Shown here piece after piece: positions 1 to 9,142 of a stretch of DNA of 64,000 nucleotides. Numbering within the stretch: position 1 is the first letter of the stretch; every line of letters starts with the position of its first letter. Origin of the DNA: Bdellovibrionales bacterium (GTDB lineage: Bacteria; Bdellovibrionota; Bdellovibrionia; Bdellovibrionales; UBA1609); assembly GCA_041690295.1 (NCBI GenBank), contig JAWLHR010000002.1, positions 187,416 through 251,415 on the forward strand. Reading direction: 5' to 3'. The translations under genes were made by a program, and so were the position numbers. The notes below the pieces were generated by a model. It did no database searches, was not told where the DNA came from, and saw only the letters and a program-made list of their open reading frames with translations.

Positions 1-2
1 GT

Positions 3-476
3 CGCTTCCGCGAGGACCTTTATTACCGTTTGAACGTCGTGCCTCTGACGGTCGCGCCTCTCAGACAGCGCAAGGAAGATATTCCGCTTCTGGCGGAGTA
101 TTTCGGCGACCAATTCCTGCGCAATAACGGTTACAAGAGAAAAGTTTTTTCCGAGGACGCCATCGCGCGAATGCAGAATCACAGCTGGCCCGGAAACGTG
201 CGTGAGTTGCGCAACTTTATCGAGCGGGTCTACATCCTCACGCCGGGGGATTACGTGGATGTGCACGACTTGAAATTCGCCGGTCTCACCGAACCCGCCG
301 AGTCCGGCACCGAAGGCGTTATGACCTTCCGAGAAGCCCGGGCGCGGTTTGAGCGGGAGTTTTTGATTCAGAAAATCGAAGAAAATCAGGGTAACATCTC
401 AAAAACGGCGGAGAACATCGGACTGGAGCGCAGTTATCTGCACCGGAAAATCAAATCTTACGGCATCGAGGTTTAA
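3..476 (+). CDS. C-terminal part of a sigma54-dependent (NtrC/NtrX-like) transcriptional activator; 5' end lies outside the window
   Basis: Frame open from the window edge: RFREDLYYRLNV, WPGNVRELRN, C-terminal Fis-type HTH (GNISKTAENIGLERSYLHRKIK). Confidence 0.9.
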   Translation, partial: RFREDLYYRLNVVPLTVAPLRQRKEDIPLLAEYFGDQFLRNNGYKRKVFSEDAIARMQNHSWPGNVRELRNFIERVYILTPGDYVDVHDLKFAGLTEPAESGTEGVMTFREARARFEREFLIQKIEENQGNISKTAENIGLERSYLHRKIKSYGIEV

Positions 477-485
477 GGACATCTC

Positions 486-2213
486 ATGAAATGGTCTTCA
501 GGTTATTTGTTCACACTCAAGGAAGCGCCCGCGGACGCGGAAATTCCCAGTCACATTTTGCTTGTTCGAGGCGGTTACGTCCGTAAGTTGGCGCCCGGTA
601 TTTTCACCTACGGTCCGCTGCTTTTGCGCAGCATTCGAAAGTTTGAGAATATCGTCCGCGAGGAGCTGAATAAGCGCGGCTGCATTGAATTGCTGATGCC
701 CATTGTTCATCCCCGAGAGCTTTGGGAAGAGACGAACCGATGGGCGGAAATGGGCGAAGGCCTGCAGAAGTTCAAAAACCGGAATGGCCATGAATTCTGT
801 CTGGGAGCGACCCATGAAGAGGTCATCACGGATTTCGTCCGGCGTGACGTCAAAAGTTACCGGGACCTTCCGGTGAATCTTTACCAGATTCAAACTAAGT
901 ATCGTGACGAGATTCGCCCCCGATTCGGTCTCTTACGCGGGCGTGAGTTCATCATGAAGGACGCTTACAGCTTCGATATTGATCAAGCCGGGGCCGAGCG
1001 CTCTTACCAACTGATGTTTGAAGCTTACACCGCCATCTTTAAACGCTTGGGCGCGCGTTTTCGCGTGGTCCAGGCCGATAGCGGAAATATCGGCGGCAAT
1101 AAATCCCAAGAGTTTCACATTCTGGCGGATAGCGGTGAGGACCAGTTGCTGGTTTCCGAGGACAGCGACTTCGCCGCCAATATCGAGGTGGCCCCCGCGA
1201 TCGACGCTGAACCCGAGGTGAGTCAAGCGGAAATGGCGCCTCTCGAGGAGTTCGCGACTCCGGGGTTGAAAACGATCGACGATTTATCCAAAGCGTTAAA
1301 GATTCCCGCCCGGCAATTGGTGAAGACCATGTTCTTTTCCGCCAGTGATGATCCGGCTAAAAATCTGAATCCCGTGGCGGTTCTCCTCAGGGGCAGCGAT
1401 GAAGTGAACCCCATCAAGCTCAAAAATCACTTCGGTCTGGCCAATCCGCCCCAGCTTTTGAATGATACGGAAGTGCGCGAGATCACCGGCGCCTCGCCCG
1501 GCAGCTGCGGACCGGTGGGTCTTCGCATTCCTATATTGATGGATAAAGGCGTTGAAGGCCTTCGTAATTTTATTGTTGGGGCGAACAAAGACGATTTCCA
1601 CCTGAAAAACGTCAACCACGGGAGGGATTTCAAAGTCACCACGGTCGGAGATTTTCGCATGGCCCGCGAGGGGGACCTGAGCCCCGACTGCAAAGGAAAG
1701 CTGAAATCCTACAGGGGCATTGAAGTCGGTCACATTTTCTATTTGGGAACCAAGTACTCCCAGAAAATGGAAGCCAACTACCTCAGTCAGGAAGCCGTAT
1801 TGAAGCCCATTGAAATGGGTTGTTATGGAATTGGTATCACCCGCACGGTGCAGGCCGTGATTGAACAAAACCACGACAAAGATGGAATCATTTGGCCGGT
1901 GTCGATCGCGCCTTACACCGTTCACATCGCCTTGCTGGATCCGGACAACGCGGAAGCGCGGGCTTTGGCCGATCAATATTACGATCAGCTGAATGCCAAG
2001 GGCATTGATGTGTTGATGGATGATCGCGCTGAACGGCCTGGCGTGAAATTCAAGGATGCCGATCTGCTGGGAATGCCCTTACGCCTCAACATCGGCGCGC
2101 GCGGTTTGGCCGCCGGTGAAATTGAAATGATCGAAAGAAAAACCAAAACGGTCACAAAAATTCCGCCCAATGCGGTGGTCGAAAAAATCCAAGCCTGGCT
2201 GAGGGAACAATGA
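486..2213 (+). CDS. proS: Proline--tRNA ligase (bacterial type with editing insertion)
   Basis: EIRPRFGLLRGREFIMKDAYSF, GIEVGHIF, MGCYGIG, anticodon-binding domain DDRAERPGVKFKDAD. Confidence 0.97.
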   Translation: MKWSSGYLFTLKEAPADAEIPSHILLVRGGYVRKLAPGIFTYGPLLLRSIRKFENIVREELNKRGCIELLMPIVHPRELWEETNRWAEMGEGLQKFKNRNGHEFCLGATHEEVITDFVRRDVKSYRDLPVNLYQIQTKYRDEIRPRFGLLRGREFIMKDAYSFDIDQAGAERSYQLMFEAYTAIFKRLGARFRVVQADSGNIGGNKSQEFHILADSGEDQLLVSEDSDFAANIEVAPAIDAEPEVSQAEMAPLEEFATPGLKTIDDLSKALKIPARQLVKTMFFSASDDPAKNLNPVAVLLRGSDEVNPIKLKNHFGLANPPQLLNDTEVREITGASPGSCGPVGLRIPILMDKGVEGLRNFIVGANKDDFHLKNVNHGRDFKVTTVGDFRMAREGDLSPDCKGKLKSYRGIEVGHIFYLGTKYSQKMEANYLSQEAVLKPIEMGCYGIGITRTVQAVIEQNHDKDGIIWPVSIAPYTVHIALLDPDNAEARALADQYYDQLNAKGIDVLMDDRAERPGVKFKDADLLGMPLRLNIGARGLAAGEIEMIERKTKTVTKIPPNAVVEKIQAWLREQ

Positions 2214-2923
2214 ACTCACGCGCCCAGCTGTCCAATCCGCTGTTCGTGGCTCTCGATGTTGATGACGCCGAAGCCGCGCTCCATCTGGCGACTCAATGCC
2301 GGGCCTTCGTGGGTGGTTTTAAGGTCGGCCCCCGTCTGGCCATCCGCTACGGGGAAAGCCTGCTTAAAGAGGTCGCCCGCCACGGCAGTTTGTTCGTCGA
2401 TAATAAATACTTCGATATTCCCTCCACCATGGAATCCGCTGTCCGCGCTTCGTTTGAAATGGGCGCGAGTTTTTGTACGGTGCATGCCCATGCCGGCCGC
2501 GAGGCTTTATCGTTACTGGCCAAGGTGGAAGAAGAGCTTTGCCAAAAGCGGCCGTTTCGAATTCTCGCGGTCACCGTGTTGACCAGTTTCAAGCAGGAGA
2601 CCTTGCCGCCGATGCTTCGCCAGCAACCCATTGCCGAACAAGTGCGGACCTTGGCGAAACTGGCCATCGAAAGCGGAATTTCTGGATTGGTTTGCTCACC
2701 CGAGGAAGTCGAGATGCTGCGCCAGCTTTTTCCCGACGCTTATCTGGTCACGCCGGGTGTGCGCTTAAGCCATGAAGATCGTGGCGATCAAATCCGGGTT
2801 TCCGATCCTCTGACGGCGCTCCGCCGAGGGGCATCCGCCCTGGTGGTCGGGCGTCCCATTTACGATTCCCTTGAACCGGCTTTAGCCGCCAAAACCTATT
2901 ATGAAGAAATTCAAAAGCGCTAG
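2210..2923 (+). CDS. pyrF: Orotidine 5'-phosphate decarboxylase
   Basis: VALD, FKVG, DxKxxDIPST motif, VTPGVR, LVVGRPI; ATGA overlap with proS. Confidence 0.95.
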   Translation: MNSRAQLSNPLFVALDVDDAEAALHLATQCRAFVGGFKVGPRLAIRYGESLLKEVARHGSLFVDNKYFDIPSTMESAVRASFEMGASFCTVHAHAGREALSLLAKVEEELCQKRPFRILAVTVLTSFKQETLPPMLRQQPIAEQVRTLAKLAIESGISGLVCSPEEVEMLRQLFPDAYLVTPGVRLSHEDRGDQIRVSDPLTALRRGASALVVGRPIYDSLEPALAAKTYYEEIQKR

Positions 2924-3692
2924 ACGGGGACCTCAGGATCGGCCGTCACGTGGGCCGCAGGTGCCGCGCGGCCGGTGTGTCGTGGGAATTCACGCCGTGA
3001 ACGAAGCTTTGAAGGTTCGCCCGCGCGCCATCGAGGCTGTATGGCTGCGTGAACGTCACACCGATCATCCCGAGCTCAAGCGTCTTGGTGAGCTGGCTCA
3101 GAGGCTCAATGTTAAGGTGGAGATCAAACCGCCCGGCGTTCTGGATAAAATCATCGGTTCAAATCAAGGCATCGTGGCGTTCGTCTCCGAGAGGCCCGAA
3201 ATCGATTGGCCGGCCATCGAAAAAGCCGAGCGCGCCGTGCTTTTGGCTTTGGATGAAGTCGAAGATCCGCACAACCTGGGAGCCGTGCTCAGGACCGCCT
3301 GGCTGCTCAATGCCCAAGGCGTTCTGGTGCCGGAGCATCGAAGCGCCGACCTGTCCCCGGCGGCATCGAAGGTGGCGCAAGGGGCCACCGAGCACGTGCC
3401 GGTGGAAAAAGATCACGCCCTCCCGCAGCGCCTCGAACGGCTCAAAGAGCATGGATTTTGGATCCTCGGACTCGCTCACAACAGTCGGCAAAATTTATTT
3501 ACTCTGGACATTCCCCCAAAGGTGGTTTGGGTGTTGGGCTCGGAATCGGGCGGTTTGCGCAAATCTGTGGCCGCGGTCTGTGATGACCTGATCGCGATCC
3601 CCCAATCCAACCCGGACGCCAGCTATAACGTCTCCGTCGCCGCCGCCATCGCCCTGTCCGAAACCTTCCGCCAGGCCCAGGCGAAGACCTGA
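2901..3692 (+). CDS. rlmB: TrmH/SpoU-family RNA 2'-O-methyltransferase (RlmB-like)
   Basis: GIHAVNEAL substrate-binding domain, DPHNLGAVLRTA, VLGSESGG, SYNVSVAAAI. Confidence 0.85.
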   Translation: MKKFKSARRGPQDRPSRGPQVPRGRCVVGIHAVNEALKVRPRAIEAVWLRERHTDHPELKRLGELAQRLNVKVEIKPPGVLDKIIGSNQGIVAFVSERPEIDWPAIEKAERAVLLALDEVEDPHNLGAVLRTAWLLNAQGVLVPEHRSADLSPAASKVAQGATEHVPVEKDHALPQRLERLKEHGFWILGLAHNSRQNLFTLDIPPKVVWVLGSESGGLRKSVAAVCDDLIAIPQSNPDASYNVSVAAAIALSETFRQAQAKT

Positions 3693-3781
3693 GTCATCGG
3701 TTCGAATTCGGTCGCCGACGCCAAAGTTCCCTCAAGTAATGCGTTTTAATCCCTCAGTTCGAATATATGCGAGTTGAGTGA

Positions 3782-3811
3782 TTGACAGCGCGCTGCACGA
3801 TCACCTATTTT
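3782..3811 (+). promoter_or_regulatory. Putative sigma70 promoter for the tRNA-tuf operon
   Basis: TTGACA-18 nt-TATTTT upstream of the tRNA cluster. Confidence 0.45.
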
Positions 3812-3974
3812 AAACCCTCAACGCAACCGGCTCTGAAAACCATAACCTCTCAATTTTCCGTGGAAATATATTTTGACTGCAATTGTGATGCTTGAGTAGA
3901 AGAGTTGTTTGCAAATCGACTTAGGAGCATTTTTTTGCCTTTTTCCGGCAGAGAAGTGTTTTCTTCGGCGAGAC

Positions 3975-4050
3975 GCTGGCTTAGCTCAATTGGTAGAGCA
4001 GCTGATTTGTAATCAGCAGGTTGCGGGTTCGAGTCCCATAGCCAGCTCCA
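3975..4050 (+). tRNA. tRNA-Thr(TGT)
   Basis: Cloverleaf, acceptor GCTGGCT/AGCCAGC, anticodon loop TTTGTAA, GTTCGA, encoded CCA. Confidence 0.97.
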
Positions 4051-4057
4051 ATGGCAC

Positions 4058-4143
4058 GGAGAGGTGCCCGAGTGGCTAAAGGGGACGGACTGTAAATCCG
4101 TTGGCTTATGCCTACGTAGGTTCGAATCCTACCCTCTCCACCA
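4058..4143 (+). tRNA. tRNA-Tyr(GTA)
   Basis: Anticodon loop CTGTAAA, long variable arm, GTTCGAATC, CCA. Confidence 0.97.
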
Positions 4144-4165
4144 GGTTGTTTGCGAAGGAGCATGA

Positions 4166-4242
4166 GCGGGAGTAGCTCAATTGGCTAGAGTATCAGCCTT
4201 CCAAGCTGAGGGTTGCGGGTTCGAGACCCGTCTCCCGCTCCA
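4166..4242 (+). tRNA. tRNA-Gly(TCC)
   Basis: GCGGGAG/CTCCCGC acceptor stem, anticodon loop CTTCCAA, CCA. Confidence 0.97.
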
Positions 4243-4260
4243 AATTGGGTGTGAAGTGAC

Positions 4261-4335
4261 GCCCATGTGGCTCAGGGGTAGAGCACACCCTTGGTAAGGG
4301 TGAGGTCGTGAGTTCGAGTCTCACCATGGGCTCCA
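4261..4335 (+). tRNA. tRNA-Thr(GGT)
   Basis: GCCCATG/CATGGGC acceptor stem, anticodon loop TTGGTAA, CCA; classic Thr-Tyr-Gly-Thr-tuf arrangement. Confidence 0.97.
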
Positions 4336-4393
4336 GTAATTTGAGTTAGTTTAGTAAAGGTGTTTTTAAAAGCGAATCAGGAGGAGATTCAAA

Positions 4394-5584
4394 ATGGCAA
4401 AAGAGACCTTTAAGCGGGACAAGCCGCACGTCAACATCGGGACCATCGGACACGTGGACCACGGGAAAACCACATTGACCGCGGCCATCACAACTGTCCT
4501 TGCGAAAAAAGGTGGCGCGAGCGCTATGGCTTACGATCAGATCGATAAAGCGCCCGAAGAAAAAGAGCGCGGAATTACGATCTCCACCTCGCACGTGGAA
4601 TATGAAACTGAAAAACGTCACTATGCTCACGTGGATTGCCCCGGTCACGCCGACTACGTGAAAAACATGATCACCGGTGCCGCTCAGATGGACGGCGCGA
4701 TTCTCGTCGTTTCCGCCGCTGACGGTCCGATGCCGCAAACTCGCGAGCACATTCTTCTCGCTCGTCAGGTCGGCGTTCCCGCGATCGTTGTGTTCATGAA
4801 CAAAGTGGACATGGTCGACGACAAAGAACTTCTCGACCTCGTTGAACTTGAAATTCGTGAACTTCTCAGCAAGTACGAATTCCCCGGCGACAGCATTCCC
4901 ATCGTGAAGGGTTCCGCCCTCAAAGCTTTGGAAGGTGACACCGGTGATATCGGCGAAGGCGCCATCATGAAATTGATGGAAGCTTGCGATACTTACATTC
5001 CGGAACCTCAGCGCGCCATCGACAAGCCGTTCTTGATGCCGATCGAAGACGTGTTCTCGATCTCGGGTCGTGGAACCGTGGTCACTGGCCGTATCGAGCG
5101 TGGAACGATCAAAGTCGGTCAAGAGATCGAAATCGTGGGTCTGCGCCCGACGCAAAAAACGACCGTTACCGGTATCGAAATGTTCCGTAAGCTTCTCGAA
5201 GAAGGCCGCGCGGGTGACAACGCCGGCGTGCTCCTCCGCGGAACTAAGAAAGAAGAAGTTGAGCGTGGACAGGTTGTGGCCGCTCCGGGTTCGATTACGC
5301 CGCACAAGAAATTCAAGTGCGAAGCGTACATCCTCACCAAGGAAGAAGGCGGACGTCACACTCCGTTCTTCAACGGCTATCGTCCTCAGTTCTACTTCCG
5401 TACAACTGACGTGACCGGTGTGGTGACGCTCAAGCAAGGCACCGAGATGGTGATGCCGGGCGACCGTGTGGAAATGGATGTGGAATTGATCTCTCCGATC
5501 GCCATGGAAAAAGAGCTCCGCTTCGCGATTCGTGAAGGTGGACGCACCGTGGGAGCCGGAGTGGTTACGGCCATCATCGAGTAA
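4394..5584 (+). CDS. tuf: Elongation factor Tu
   Basis: [39 protein letters not shown]. Confidence 0.99.
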   Translation: MAKETFKRDKPHVNIGTIGHVDHGKTTLTAAITTVLAKKGGASAMAYDQIDKAPEEKERGITISTSHVEYETEKRHYAHVDCPGHADYVKNMITGAAQMDGAILVVSAADGPMPQTREHILLARQVGVPAIVVFMNKVDMVDDKELLDLVELEIRELLSKYEFPGDSIPIVKGSALKALEGDTGDIGEGAIMKLMEACDTYIPEPQRAIDKPFLMPIEDVFSISGRGTVVTGRIERGTIKVGQEIEIVGLRPTQKTTVTGIEMFRKLLEEGRAGDNAGVLLRGTKKEEVERGQVVAAPGSITPHKKFKCEAYILTKEEGGRHTPFFNGYRPQFYFRTTDVTGVVTLKQGTEMVMPGDRVEMDVELISPIAMEKELRFAIREGGRTVGAGVVTAIIE

Positions 5585-5610
5585 TGTTTGAAGTTGTATT
5601 AACCGCTTTT

Positions 5611-5638
5611 AGGGACCCTGTTTTGATGGGGTCCCTTT
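5611..5638 (+). terminator. Hairpin / probable intrinsic terminator after tuf
   Basis: AGGGACCCTG...TGGGGTCCCT followed by a short T run. Confidence 0.55.
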
Positions 5639-5654
5639 GGCGTTTAAGGGCGAT

Positions 5655-5730
5655 AGGGCAGTAGCTCTAATGGTAGAGCGAACGACTCCAAATCGTTAGG
5701 TTGTGGGTTCGAATCCCTCCTGCCCTGCCA
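5655..5730 (+). tRNA. tRNA-Trp(CCA)
   Basis: AGGGCAG/CTGCCCT acceptor stem, anticodon loop CTCCAAA, CCA end, upstream of secE. Confidence 0.96.
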
Positions 5731-5746
5731 AAGTTGAGAGTTGGAA

Positions 5747-6130
5747 ATGGACACTGAGAACAGCAATCAAAGCATAATCAACGCCGCCTTCGTGGCTTGT
5801 GGATTCCTGGCCTATCTGGTCGTCGCCATGCTTTTCGAAACTTTGGCGTCGGCGTTCGGTCCGGTGGCGCGAGTCTACGGCGACCCATCGATCAAGCATG
5901 GTGTTCCCGTGGTGGCGGGTTTCGCGACGTTTTTGGCTTTGATGTTCAACTCGAAAGTAAAGGTGTTCGCCGACGAAGCGATCACAGAGGTCCGTAAAGT
6001 AGTTTGGCCCTCCCGCAAGGACACGACCGCCATGACGATCGTTTGTTGCGTGATGGTGTTGGCGGCGGGAATTTTATTGGGCGGATTTGATTTCATTGCC
6101 AGCCAGTTGATTAAAATTTTCGTCAACTGA
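5747..6130 (+). CDS. secE: Preprotein translocase subunit SecE (long, multi-TM form)
   Basis: [13 protein letters not shown] motif before the last TM; position between trnW and nusG; start may be TTG 5741. Confidence 0.93.
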   Translation: MDTENSNQSIINAAFVACGFLAYLVVAMLFETLASAFGPVARVYGDPSIKHGVPVVAGFATFLALMFNSKVKVFADEAITEVRKVVWPSRKDTTAMTIVCCVMVLAAGILLGGFDFIASQLIKIFVN

Positions 6131-6135
6131 GGAAG

Positions 6136-6726
6136 GTGAACGTGGCTAACGAAACAACGAACAATCCTGAGTCTCAAAAGGCCTCAGGCGGCGACAAAAA
6201 GATGAAATGGTACATCGTCAACACTCAGACGAGCTGTGAAGCGGTCGCCAAGAGATCCATCGAGGAGCGCATTCGTTCGCTCAAGATGGAAGACAAGTTC
6301 GGGCAGATTCTGATCCCGTCGGAAAACGTGGTGGAGCTGGTTAAAGGAAAAAAAGCCACTCGCGCCCGCAAGTTTTTCCCGGGCTATATTTTCGTGCAGA
6401 TGGTGATGGACGATGAAACCTGGCACTTGGTGCGAAACTGCTCCAAGGTCACGGGCTTCGTGGGCGGAAAAACCAAACCGCCTGAAGTTCCAGAAGAAGA
6501 AGTGATGCGAGTCACCCGCCAAATGGAAATGGGCGCTGAGAAAGTGCAGCCGAAAGTGAAATTCTCGGTGGGCGACAGTGTGGTTGTGATCGACGGTCCG
6601 TTCAGCAATTTCAACGGCACCGTGGAAGAGATCAATCAGGAGAAAGGAAAGGTGAAAGTGCTGGTGAGCATTTTCGGCCGTCCGACTCCCGTTGAATTGG
6701 ATTTTGTTCAGGTCGAAAAGGCCTGA
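6136..6726 (+). CDS. nusG: Transcription termination/antitermination factor NusG
   Basis: [17 protein letters not shown] motif [21 protein letters not shown] start (alternative 6142). Confidence 0.98.
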   Translation: MNVANETTNNPESQKASGGDKKMKWYIVNTQTSCEAVAKRSIEERIRSLKMEDKFGQILIPSENVVELVKGKKATRARKFFPGYIFVQMVMDDETWHLVRNCSKVTGFVGGKTKPPEVPEEEVMRVTRQMEMGAEKVQPKVKFSVGDSVVVIDGPFSNFNGTVEEINQEKGKVKVLVSIFGRPTPVELDFVQVEKA

Positions 6727-6800
6727 TTTGAAAAGTTTGAGCGGAATCAGGATGGGCCTGATTTCGCGAGTTAACCCCTAAGTCAAAGTGGGAAGAAATT

Positions 6801-7223
6801 ATGGCAAGAAAGGTCTCTGGCCTTATCAAGCTTCAGATACCGGCAGGGAAAGCCAATCCGGCTCCGCCCGTTGGACCGGCGCTGGGACAACATGGGGTAA
6901 ACATCATGGAATTCTGTAAACAGTTTAACGCCCGCACACAAAAAGAGGGCGATATGATCATTCCGGTGATCATCACTGTTTACTCGGATCGATCGTTTAC
7001 CTTCATTACCAAGACGCCTCCGGTTTCAGTGTTGCTGAAAAAGGCCGCGAAAATCGAAAGCGGCTCCAAGATGCCGCAAAAAGATAAAGTCGGCAAAGTC
7101 ACCATGGCTCAAGTCACGGACATCGCCAAATTGAAGATGCCGGATTTGAACTGCACGGAGCTTGACGCTGCCATCAGCCAGGTCATCGGCACGTGCAATA
7201 GCATGGGCTTGGAAGTCAAGTAG
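6801..7223 (+). CDS. rplK: 50S ribosomal protein L11
   Basis: [26 protein letters not shown]. Confidence 0.99.
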   Translation: MARKVSGLIKLQIPAGKANPAPPVGPALGQHGVNIMEFCKQFNARTQKEGDMIIPVIITVYSDRSFTFITKTPPVSVLLKKAAKIESGSKMPQKDKVGKVTMAQVTDIAKLKMPDLNCTELDAAISQVIGTCNSMGLEVK

Positions 7224-7234
7224 GAGGTCGGAAC

Positions 7235-7930
7235 ATGGGAAAACGATATACAGCGGCCTTCCAAAAGGTTGATCGAAACACTCGTTATAAACTGAATGAC
7301 GGCATCAAACTTGTGGTCGACACCGCCACCGCCAAATTCGACGAGGCCATTGATGTGGCTGTGATCTTGGGCGTGGATCCTAAACAATCGGACCAACAGG
7401 TTCGTGGAGCGGTGAGCCTGCCCCATGGACTCGGTAAACCGGTTCGCGTTGTGGTGTTCGCCAAGGGTCCCAAAGAAGAAGAAGCCAAGAAAGCCGGTGC
7501 GGATTACGTCGGCGCCGATGATTTGGTGGCCAAGATTCAAGGCGGTTGGCTGGATTTTGATAAGGCCATCGCCACGCCGGACATGATGGCGACCGTCAGT
7601 AAAGTGGCCAAGATCCTCGGTCCCCGTGGATTGATGCCGAACCCGAAAGTGGGAACGGTGACCATGAACGTGGCTGACGCCGTGGCGGCGGAGAAAAAAG
7701 GGAAACTCGACTTTCGCGTTGACAAGGCGGGAATCGTTCACGCCGTGATCGGGCGCAAGAGCATGGGTCCTGAAAAGCTCCGTGAAAATTTCGCGGCCTT
7801 CATGTCGGCCCTGCTCAAGGCGAAGCCGGCCACCAGCAAGGGTAATTACCTTCGCGGCGTGACGGTTTCTTCCACCATGGGACCTGGCGTGAAAATGGAT
7901 TTGTCGGAATTGGAGAGCCAACTCTCTTAA
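7235..7930 (+). CDS. rplA: 50S ribosomal protein L1
   Basis: [28 protein letters not shown]. Confidence 0.99.
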   Translation: MGKRYTAAFQKVDRNTRYKLNDGIKLVVDTATAKFDEAIDVAVILGVDPKQSDQQVRGAVSLPHGLGKPVRVVVFAKGPKEEEAKKAGADYVGADDLVAKIQGGWLDFDKAIATPDMMATVSKVAKILGPRGLMPNPKVGTVTMNVADAVAAEKKGKLDFRVDKAGIVHAVIGRKSMGPEKLRENFAAFMSALLKAKPATSKGNYLRGVTVSSTMGPGVKMDLSELESQLS

Positions 7931-7976
7931 TTGAATGATTCGAGCGTTCGTTGGCGGGCGCTCATAACGTATCGCG

Positions 7977-8030
7977 ATCAGAGACAGTGGGTGCGTTTAA
8001 TTTAAGCGCTTAATTTCCCACCGAGATCCG
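7977..8030 (+). promoter_or_regulatory. L10 leader (L10-L12 autoregulatory RNA)
   Basis: GAGACAGTGGG...CCCACCGAG core with an internal GCGTTTAA/TTAAGCGC stem directly upstream of rplJ; resembles the L10_leader family. Confidence 0.7.
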
Positions 8031-8063
8031 TTCGCGGTCCAAACTAAGAATAAGGAGGATATC

Positions 8064-8597
8064 TTGCCCATATCGACTCGCGAGCAGAAGCAGCAAGAGA
8101 TCACTTCACTTTCCGAAAAGTTTGGCCGTTCGAAAGCCGCATTCCTCGTCGACTTCAAAGGCATGGACGTGGAAAGCGTAACCAAGCTTCGAAAAACGCT
8201 CAAACCGATTCAGTCGGAAATGAAAGTGGTGCGCAACACACTCGCAATCCGGGCACTCAATGATCATCCGACGGTAAAACCGGTTCTTGAGGACAAGCTG
8301 GTGGGCACCAACGCCGTGGTCTTCGCTTTCGAAGATCCCAGCGCCGTGGCCAAAGCCATCACCAAATTCGGTGATGAGGTCGAAGCTTTCCAATTGAAAT
8401 ACGGTGTGATGGACGGAACCGCACTTGATGCCAAAGGCATCAAAGCGCTGGCCACGTTGCCGTCGAAAGATGAATTGCGGGCCCAATTGCTCGGCGTCTT
8501 AAGTGCTCCGATGACGAAGTTCCTCGGAACCTTGCAGGCCGTACCGGGTGGTTTTGTCCGTGTGTTGAACGCTTATAAAGATACGAAAAACGCTTAA
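8064..8597 (+). CDS. rplJ: 50S ribosomal protein L10
   Basis: KVVRNTL, LATLPSKDELRAQL; TTG start with GGAGG SD. Confidence 0.97.
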   Translation: MPISTREQKQQEITSLSEKFGRSKAAFLVDFKGMDVESVTKLRKTLKPIQSEMKVVRNTLAIRALNDHPTVKPVLEDKLVGTNAVVFAFEDPSAVAKAITKFGDEVEAFQLKYGVMDGTALDAKGIKALATLPSKDELRAQLLGVLSAPMTKFLGTLQAVPGGFVRVLNAYKDTKNA

Positions 8598-8621
8598 TTT
8601 TGTTTATTTTTGGAGGAAAAA

Positions 8622-9011
8622 ATGTCTTTAGATAAGAACCAAGTGATTGATTATTTGTCCAATATGCCGGTGATGGAATTGGCCGGTTTGATCAAGGACC
8701 TCGAAGAAAAATGGGGTGTCAGCGCCGCCGCTCCCGTGGCCGTTGCCGCTATGCCTGGTGCCGCTGGTGCCGGTGCCGGTGCCGCTCCCGCTGAAGAGAA
8801 AACCGCTTTTGACGTCATTCTCGTCGATGGTGGTGCCAACAAGATCAACGTCATTAAAGAAGTTCGCGCTTTGACCGGTCTCGGCTTGAAAGAAGCCAAA
8901 GACCTCGTTGAAGGCGCTCCGAAGCCCGTGAAAGAAGGCGTGAGCAAGGATGAGGCCGCTAAGATCAAAGACGTCCTCACCAAAGCCGGCGCCAAAGTGG
9001 ATGTGAAGTAA
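8622..9011 (+). CDS. rplL: 50S ribosomal protein L7/L12
   Basis: [10 protein letters not shown], Ala/Gly hinge, [12 protein letters not shown]. Confidence 0.99.
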   Translation: MSLDKNQVIDYLSNMPVMELAGLIKDLEEKWGVSAAAPVAVAAMPGAAGAGAGAAPAEEKTAFDVILVDGGANKINVIKEVRALTGLGLKEAKDLVEGAPKPVKEGVSKDEAAKIKDVLTKAGAKVDVK

Positions 9012-9037
9012 CATCCGCGGGCGTATTCCTTAATATA

Positions 9038-9066
9038 TGGCGGGTGCCTCGAGCATCCGCCAGTTT
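9038..9066 (+). terminator. Hairpin / attenuator-terminator between rplL and rpoB
   Basis: TGGCGGGTGC...GCATCCGCCA then GTTT. Confidence 0.5.
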
Positions 9067-9142
9067 AACTGGCTGCCGAGAGCAGCTAAAAAAAGGCCAG
9101 ACGGCCTAATATTGTGATCGAGATCGTAAGTGAGGAGAGAGG

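Noticed and set aside
3981..4163. 60-aa ORF and the similar 5696-5899 ORF
   Set aside because: Antisense translations of tRNA genes
8739..8792. GCCGGT-type short repeats in rplL
   Set aside because: Normal Ala/Gly hinge of L7/L12
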